From contig NC_043013.1 in the NCBI RefSeq assembly GCF_006345805.1, forward strand, positions 26,784,001-26,848,000: DNA of 64,000 nt. Reading direction: 5' to 3'. A program made the translations under genes and the position numbers. This document shows, piece after piece, positions 56,192-64,000 of the stretch. The notes beneath the pieces were generated by a model, which saw only the letters and a list, made by a program, of their open reading frames with translations, searched no databases and was not told the DNA's origin. Source of the stretch: Octopus sinensis (Eukaryota). How positions within the stretch are numbered: the stretch's first letter is position 1; the number at the start of each line of letters is the position of its first letter.

Positions 56192-56640
56192 CCAGTTTTC
56201 CTTCGGGAGCAGAAAGCTCTCACATGGATTTTATTTCCATGAGACTAACTGGGTTTTCTGCCCTGCAACATTAATCTCAGTGGTTCTGTTTATGCAGCCA
56301 GACGGAAGCACAACTCTGGAATGACTCTGTGGTCTGGTGGTGGGGGTCATGAATGCTTTCAGATCCATACAAGCTCTTCTTGACCATATGCTGCATGTTA
56401 TTGTTCATGCTCTCTTCACTCACAACTTACCTGTATTGCACCTGTAAAGGTAATAACCAACTAGGATTCAACATCACAGTCAGTGCCCCTGATTGCAATT
56501 TTTGTAATGTCCTGGCTCATGCAATATGGTCCCAGTGTATTGAGAAGTGTCTGATGCACCAGACTGGTTTGTCTCTTCATCTTATTTCTGGTGCCGAAAA
56601 ACAAAGCAGACACTACTTCACACTTTTCTGTGATTGATAA
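55800..56640 (-). pseudogene. Probable ancient RTE/BovB-like LINE remnant
   Basis: Minus frame MVKKSLYGSES..HHQTTESFQSCA resembles the RTE C-terminal LLYGSETW...LE.FH.RCL motif; otherwise heavily decayed. Confidence 0.35.
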
Positions 56641-57924
56641 AAATTACATCCTTCTATGTATTAGTTACAGCTTCTTGCAACTGTTTTCTGGGAGTTGTGT
56701 AAAAGCTTTCACTATTTCTAACTATACAGGAAGATGCTTTCATTTTCTTGCCTGCTCCTAAATGAGTTGCTCAGGCAAGGAGGCACTGGCCTTTGTAACA
56801 TAATCTCCCATGTTGCCTTATTCATATTTTTTTTTGTTTTCAAACTGACTTATGTCTAGATATTGTATGTAACCTATGTAGGAAAAACCTGTGCTATTGT
56901 TTGTTAATTTTTTTTTTTTTGCCTTCATTTTAATGTTTGCTGCATCTGCTTGTTTGGTATTATTAGTTTGTTTTCTTTCCCTTTTTTATTACTTTTCTTT
57001 TATTCATTTGTTCATTTACATGTTTCAGTCATTTGACTGTGACCATGCTGGAGCACCACCTTTAGTCAAACAAATCGACCCCAGGACTTATTTTTTGTAA
57101 GCCTAGTACTTATTCCACTCTGTAGCCACTCCTGCACCTACAAAGCCTATTTATTTTTCTTGTATATATTTTGTCTTTTACTAGTTTCAGTCATTCAACT
57201 GCAGCCATGTCAGCAACTATATCATCATCATCACCATCACCATCATCATCACCATCATCATCATCATCATCCTCATCATTATCATCTTCATCATCATCAT
57301 TTAACATGTGTCGTCCATGCTAGCATGGATTGGACGGTTTGACCAGAGCTGGCAAGCCGGGAGGAGGGTGGTGGCTGCACCAGACTCCAGACTGATTTAG
57401 CATGGTTTCTACAGCTGGATGCTCTTCCTAACATGCCAACCACTTTACAAAGTGCTTTTAAATGGCACCACACAAGTGCTTTTATGGGGCACTGCATTGG
57501 CACTTTTACAAGGCGCCACATGGACATTTTTACATGGTGTCCCACAAGCACTTTTATGTGGACTGCCACGGGTGCTTTTCACCACCAGAGGGACCAGTCT
57601 CAACACTTCTGCTGTAGAGTATAGGTCTTCTTAAAGGATGTGTCTATTTACATTAATGCTACCACTACTGCAACAAACACTCTCTTCTCTCCTCCAAAAG
57701 ATGAAGTCATTTTTAAGACTTTGTAAATAAAAATGACTTTTATTTTAATTAAAATAACTGCCAGACTTTATGTATACCCCAGGGTAACAGAATAACATCC
57801 AAAATTTCTATAATTCCTTTATTCGCAAATAATCCAAAAAGAAACTTTTTTCATTAAATAAATTGTAATAAAATTTAAGAAAAACACTGAGCGATCAAGG
57901 TAAAAACTTGTCTGTCTGCCTTAC

Positions 57925-58188
57925 ATGCAATGATGATGATGATGATGATGATGATGACAATAACAATCACGACGATGACGAAGAGGAGGAAGATGCTGCT
58001 GCTGATACGGATGATGATGACAATGATGATGATGATGATTGTGGTGGGAGCTTGATGATGGTAATGGTGGTGGTGGTGGTGGTGGTGGTGGAGGTGGTGA
58101 TGGTGGTGGTGGTGGTGGTGGTGGTGGTGACGATGAAACAACGACAATGAAGATGATGACGATGATCCTTTCTTTAATCACTGAGGGC

Positions 58189-58219
<31 letters not shown>

Positions 58220-58241
58220 GCCGTCGTCGCTGTCGGCGTTG

Positions 58242-58272
<31 letters not shown>

Positions 58273-58355
58273 AATAATAGAAATGATGATAAAAGTGATG
58301 ATGATGGTGATGATGATGGTGGTGGTGGTGGTGATAAATATAATGATAATGATAA
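57925..58355. repeat. (GAT)/(GGT)/(CAT)n compound microsatellite
   Basis: Direct inspection. Confidence 0.95.
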
Positions 58356-58786
58356 TACTCTGCGTTAAAATTCAATTGTGCTAAAGAAATGCAGAGTCTC
58401 ATTTAATAGCAACTTCCGTATTCACTCAATGCTATTCTCTTGGTTTTCATTACTTTAATTAATATTTTCGACATTGCTGACAGTCAAATCATTTATAGAG
58501 AACATGTGATATTCAGGTGCTAATTAAGAGAGAAAAAGGCCACCCCAAGATACAACTTGCGTGGTTTTCATTTTTTGGTCATTGTTTTTTGCTGTGTTTT
58601 GTTTTTTTGTTTTGTTTCTTTTCCAAATATATAACATATTAAAATTTTTAAAAAAATCTTTATTGTTTTAAAATAATAATAATGAAGGTGATGGTGGTGG
58701 TGGTGATGGTGATAGTGGTGATGGTACATTAAGAATAGTTAAGCTTCGAAGTAAATGGTTCTATTTCTTTGATATGTATATTAAAG

Positions 58787-58909
<123 letters not shown>

Positions 58910-58973
58910 GACAGAGAAGAACAATTAATATTAAAACTTACATTCTAACAAAATTGAATAATTAAAATTTCAG

Positions 58974-59116
58974 AAATTTCAAGTATGTGTTCCATTCACT
59001 TCAGTATATGGAGAATTGTAAAAGAGCCTGTCTCAATCAATATTTACATTGGACTTTTAGTTTCTGTAAAGAACTAATGGAGAATATTGACATTTTCCCT
59101 GCTATAAAACAAAATG
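58974..59116 (+). CDS. Candidate internal host exon (NFKYVFHSLQYMENCKRACLNQYLHWTFSFCKELMENIDIFPAIKQN), product unknown
   Basis: Branch-like ttctaac at 58943-58949, tttcag acceptor, 47 open codons, weak donor G|gtttga; phase-compatible with 62454-62477. Confidence 0.35.
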
Positions 59117-60830
59117 GTTTGACGACAACAACACTAGGCAACATTGAACACAAATAATTAAATTTCTTTCTATGAATTATTTTCGATGGTATTTCTTGTT
59201 CTTGACTAATTGCTTTACATAAAAGTGCTTTACTTCTGAGAGATTTTCTTTTCATCTTCAAGCTGATGTAAATCATCCATCTGCATTTTGTATGCATGTG
59301 TGTGTGTGTGTGTGTGTATCTGTCTGTCTGTCTGTCTGTCTGTGTGTGTCTGTGTGACTATTCCTAAAATTTTATTCTTTTTCTTTTATTTTTTTCTTTA
59401 ATTTAAATTTTTTTTTTTTCATTTTTCATATCACTTTCAAGGGGAAAAAAAATTTCATTCTATTTTCCTATCTCAAACATTCAGAGATTCTACATGAAAA
59501 TTTTTTGGTTTCTATTTTTTATTTGTTTTTGTCTTGGTTATCTTTATTATTATTTTAGTTTTAAAAAAAAAATTGTGAAGAATTTACACTCATGCCTCCA
59601 GCTCTTCCAGGAAGAATCTGTGTCATACTATCATCATTTTGAATGTGATCTAATGGAGAGAGCACATCTGGAATCTCCTTGCTTGCATAAACCAGCCAAC
59701 CAGCCAGCCAGCCAGCTTGCATGGTAACTTCTATGAAGCCATGCAGCCTGGTAAAATTAACTGACAACTTTTTCTTCAACAAACTCTCAAATGTTTTCAA
59801 ATTCAATTGTGCTAAGAAAAATGCAATATCTTCTTTAACAGTAATTTCCATCTTCACTTAATGTTATTATTTCTTAATTTTTCTTCACTTCAATTAATAT
59901 TTTCTATTTCACAATTTCACTGTTGTATTGCTGACAGTGAAACCATTCATAGACAAACATGTATTTCACAAATTATCATATATTTGGAATAAAAATTGGA
60001 ATCGCTACCATAAATAGACAGAATGCCAGTTAAGCAATATTCTAAAAGGATATAATTTAGCAAGCAGGAAGAATCATTACCATGCCGGACAAAATGCTTA
60101 ACAGCATTTCAACCATTTTTACTTTCTAAGTTCAAATGCCACCCAAGTCAACTTTGCTTTTCATCCTTTTGGGGTCGTTAAAATAAGTACCAGTTGAACA
60201 TTGGTGGATATGTTGATGTAATTTTAAACTGTGAACCTTACAACATATCCAATCTAATGGAAGTTGTGCTTTCAGTATTCAGCAATCATGTTGTTTGTTT
60301 CGCTCCATTTTCAGGAGGGAAGGTGTTTTTCTTGATAAAAGGTGTGATCAAAAGCAAAGCTCGACAAGACCCTATGTGCAAATTTCTTCAATGGTACTGT
60401 CTTATAAGTACTCTTATACACAAGTGAGACAGGCAAAATTATAAAGAGAGGAAAAACATTGATTGGTTATGACACAAAAGACCATGGAAAAAAAAAGCCC
60501 ATGCTAGAAATAATCATCGTCTTCATCATCATCACCATTATCATCATCATTTAACGTCTGTTTTCCATGCTGGCATGGGTTGGACGGTCTTACAGGAGCT
60601 GACCAGCTGAAGAGCTGTTCAGGTTCTATGTCTGTTTTGGCATGATTTCTATGGCTGGATAATATAACAATCTTTATCCATTCATCTTTTATCTTTTACT
60701 TGTTTTAATCATTAGACTATGGCCATGCTGGAGCACCACCTTGAAGAATTCACTTTTAGTCAAATGAATTAATCCCATTATTTACATTATTTACATTCGA
60801 CGGATATTTGTCCTCATCTTGTTTGTTGTT

Positions 60831-60876
60831 AACACAACGTTTCGGCTGATATACCCTCCAGCCTTCTTCAGGTGTC
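60831..60876 (-). ncRNA. Minimal type I hammerhead ribozyme motif with intact core
   Basis: gacac-CTGAAGA-A-GGCTG-gagggtatat-CAGCC-GAA-ACGT-T-gtgtt: 5-bp stem I, 5-bp stem II, CUGANGA/GAAA core, palindromic ACGU helix III. Activity not demonstrated. Confidence 0.75.
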
Positions 60877-61222
60877 TTGGGGAAATTTCAAACCTGTGTA
60901 CTCATTCCTAAGGTATTTTTCAATGTTATTATTATTATTATTACTATTATTATTATTATTATTATTGTTGTTGTTATTGTTCAGGTCACTGTTTGGAATC
61001 GAACTCGGAATCTTGGGGTTAGTAGCCCGCACTCTTAACCACTACGTCATATGCCTGTGGACATGGCGTAGTGGTTAAGAGCACGGACTACTAACCCCAA
61101 GATTCGGAGTTTGATTCCAAGCAGTGACCTGAACAATAACAACAATAGCAATAATAGCAACAGTAATAATAACATCGAAAAAATACCTTAGGAATGAGAA
61201 CCCAGGTTCGAAATTTCTTCAA

Positions 61223-61268
61223 GACATCTGAAGAATGCTGGAGGGTATATCAGCCAAAACATTGTGTT
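61223..61268 (+). ncRNA. Degenerate hammerhead motif (mirror copy)
   Basis: gacat-CTGAAGA-A-tGCTG..CAGCC-aAA-ACaT-T-gtgtt; G12>A and ACGT>ACAT changes are predicted to inactivate it. Confidence 0.6.
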
Positions 61269-61813
61269 AACAACAAACAAGATGAGGACAAATAGCCGTT
61301 GAATGTAAATAATGTAAATAATTCCTCATCTCTTAAATATAGAACTGAATCAATCCCAGTACTTATGGTTTTTTTAAACCTGGTTCTTATTCTATTGGTC
61401 TCTTTTGCTGAACTGCTAAGTTACAGGGATGTAAACAATGAAATATAATATATAATATATAATATAATATATAATAAAATGGCAGTAACATAGATATATA
61501 AATATGGAATTAGATTATCAGTTGATGTGTCATGACTTACTTTTTGACATTTCATAAAATTTCATAACAGTACACTTAATTCTACATGCCCCAATTCACC
61601 TGGTGACATATAAATATTCCTATATATTTTATAGATATTACATGTGATAGACTGGCAACCACTCCACGCAAACATTTAATTCTATTGAGTGCCTGTTGTG
61701 CTTGAACTTCTTTATCTTTCTTATATTGAGTTACTGCTATGTATACATATGTGTGTGTGTGTGTGTGGTTCAAAATTGTAGAAAAACTATATATATTATA
61801 TATACATATATAT

Positions 61814-61888
<75 letters not shown>

Positions 61889-62453
61889 GTGTGTATGTAC
61901 AATTATGGCCAATGATTTTGGCAAACACCATCTTCTTTGCTATTTTGTGTGAAATATCATGTGAATGTTAATGATTTAATATTATTTTAACGGGAGGGTG
62001 ATGAGCTCACAGAAATGTTAGCACACCAGGCGAAATGCTTAGCAGAATTTTGTCTGTCTTTACGTTCTGAGTTAAAATTCTGCCAAGGTCGACTTTGCCT
62101 TTCATCCTTTTGTGGGGGCAATAAATTGCATACTGGGGTCGATCTAACTGACTGGCCTCTCCCCCAAAATTCCGGACCTTGTGCCTAGAGTAGAAAAGAA
62201 TATTATGTTAACAGTTTATCTGTTATCCAATAAGATTTGAAAGAAAAACTGTTGAAAACCAATAGATATTGCAAATAATCAACAGTTTGTGGAATTGGTT
62301 ATATTTCCTACAAGTGAAAATCACATTCCTCTTCATGATTTCAAATTGGAATCGCATTCAAACTAATAATTAATAACCAGAACCATAAGTAAAGTTATGT
62401 ATGATGTCTTTTACTTCACCAAAAATTTCAAATTATATTTTCTTTTATTGCAG

Positions 62454-62477
62454 GTATGGTATTGGCACAAGAAAAAG
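62454..62477 (+). CDS. Candidate 24-nt microexon (G)MVLAQEK(G)
   Basis: Strong acceptor attttcttttattgcag and strong donor aag|gtcagt; frame-preserving length. Confidence 0.4.
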
Positions 62478-62539
62478 GTCAGTCAATAATTTCTTTCCAC
62501 CAAAATGGCCTAACAACACAGTAACTTGCAATACAAAGA

Positions 62540-62763
62540 ATTATGAGAGGGGCAGGGCATTTGAGGAGGGGAAGTTGTGTGAGAGGATGAAAGGTTAGAG
62601 TGTGATAAAGAGACAGAAACGCAGAAGCAGGTGTCTGGTTATAACGTGAGGAGACATTGGAGGAGGTGATCCAGTATCAGATGATGAAAGATTAGTGTGT
62701 GACAAAGAAATAGAGGGATAGAAATAGGTACTTTGCTATAGAGGAAGCACATGGTTACCCAAT

Positions 62764-62810
<47 letters not shown>

Positions 62811-64000
62811 TGAAAGAGAGAGACAGACAGACAGAGAGGGAGACGGAGGGAAGAAAACTATCAATAGAGAGAGAGAAGAGAGAGAGAGGGAGAAGAGAGA
62901 GGGAGAGGGAGGGAGAGGAAGAGAGAGGATCAAGAAAGAGAACAGAAACAGGTGTGCTGATGTAAAGGAGATACTTGGTTTCCTAGTCAGATGGAAAACA
63001 AGAGGAGAGAGAGGGAGGGCAACCAAGAATGAGGGCAGAAATACGTAAGTTGCCATAGAGGAGATGCATGGCTACCCATCCAGAAGGAAGAACAAGGAAA
63101 AGAGTGAGAGAGAGAGTGAGAGTAGGAAACAGCAAAAGTGTAAGAGAGAGCAGGAGAGAGATGGTGAAGTGCCAGGTAATGCTCACAAGTAACAAGGATT
63201 AGAGCATAGATGTGATGGTAGAGTAAGGAAGAGAGAGGAATGAAGGTCGTGATACATGCAGTTGGGTGTTGCCAAGAAGGCACAAATAAGGAGTGGGGAT
63301 TGCAATGACTGACAAAAACCTGAATAGAAAAATGGGGGAGGGGAAGCAGCGATACTGTGAGCAGAGAAGTGAGGGCAAGGAAGGGCAGTGAGGGCAGAAA
63401 AGAGCAGTGAGGACAAGAAGACAATCAAAGTTTATAAAGAGGTAATGTGAGGAAGAGAAAGATGCTGTTTAGAAGAGAAATAGTTTGGTTTCTTGGGGTA
63501 GGGTGTGCGAAAAATTTGTTGTTATGTGTGGGTGGAACGCAACTCTTCTAGCACTCAGATTCACTGCCGTAGGCAGGGCTTCCCTAGAACCTCATATTGC
63601 CAAACATCTCAGTCCATTGTCATTTCCTCTGCGAGCCCAACATCCTAAGATCAGTCCTCACTACATCATCTCATGTCTTCCTGGGTCTGCTTCTTACACA
63701 GGTACCATCCACTTTCAGTGACAGGCACTTCTATATACAGCTGTCTTCACTCATACGCATCACATGTCCAAGCCAGTGCATTCTTCTCTCCTGCATCCCA
63801 CATTTAATCCCTCTTATACCTAACATTTCTCTCATTGTTATGAATTTCATTAGCTTACAGCTGTTTCTGCTATGAGATGCAATACACTCACAGTCAAGAA
63901 CTTTGAGGAACTTCATGTTTGAAGCTCTGATGAAGCTATGAGGTGTTACTCAGGCACTCAACTATGACTCCACTGCATCTTATGGCAGAATCAGCAGCAA
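62540..64000 (-). mobile_element. Old RTE-clade LINE 3' portion running off the window end
   Basis: MREMLGIRGIKCGMQERRMHWLGHVMRMSEDSCI*KC.SLKVDGTC..SRPRKT at 63640-63860; purine-rich 3' UTR shared with 13380-13540. Left boundary approximate. Confidence 0.7.

Larger units (their letters stand above)
60778..61345. mobile_element. Palindromic element: two divergent tRNA-like heads, each followed by a hammerhead motif; 13-bp TSD; nested in SINE C
   Basis: Arms 60778-~61052 and ~61060-61321 are inverted repeats; unique 24-nt right extension 61322-61345; TSD tgaat(t/c)aatccca at 60765-60777 and 61346-61358. Confidence 0.88.

Noticed and set aside
56431-56441. 11-nt minus-strand microexon (ctttacag|GTGCAATACAG|gtaagt)
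   Set aside because: The splice signals are good, but the length is frame-shifting, it lies in a probable LINE relic and no partner exon was found; it would need RNA-seq support.
56353-56637. 94-aa ORF with a hydrophobic N-terminus and CKG..CxxC..CxxxC pattern reminiscent of CHH/ITP neuropeptides
   Set aside because: Cys spacing (16/2/10/3) differs from the CHH pattern, the sixth Cys is misplaced, and the region is better explained as the antisense of a decayed RTE.
59616-59727. Exon-like segment EESVSYYHHFECDLMERAHLESPC... with good acceptor and donor
   Set aside because: Its open frame is not phase-compatible with the preceding candidate exon, it includes a (CCAG)n repeat, and no homology was recognised.
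61060-61130. Functional tRNA-Ser gene
   Set aside because: It has A/B boxes and a Ser-like anticodon loop but no complete acceptor stem or long variable arm, and it lies inside a TSD-flanked repeat; treated as a SINE head.

Overview
AT-rich, microsatellite-saturated animal genomic DNA. The SINE, LINE and MITE families and the (TA)n/(CAT)n/(GATA)n load are most consistent with an octopus (cephalopod) genome; this is inferred from repeat content. No intact host gene is recognisable, and nearly all long ORFs in the track are translations of simple repeats. Real coding remnants are all transposons: two mariner relics, a near-full-length frameshifted RTE-clade LINE (47.2-51.0 kb, minus), at least four families of Dong/R4-type RLE LINE fragments in (TAA)n arrays, and a Penelope GIY-YIG relic. 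Non-coding elements include three tRNA-derived SINE families, non-autonomous Helitrons, and piggyBac- and Tc1/pogo-type MITEs. A few splice-site-bounded candidate exons of a possible + strand host gene are present at low confidence. The most unusual feature is a 568-bp palindromic element (60778-61345) made of two head-to-head tRNA-like heads, each followed by a minimal hammerhead ribozyme motif, with a 13-bp TSD. About six further hammerhead-like motifs occur in short TA-flanked elements. Retroelements partition by microsatellite: Dong/R4 plus an unclassified 555-bp repeat in (TAA)n, RTE in (TA)n.
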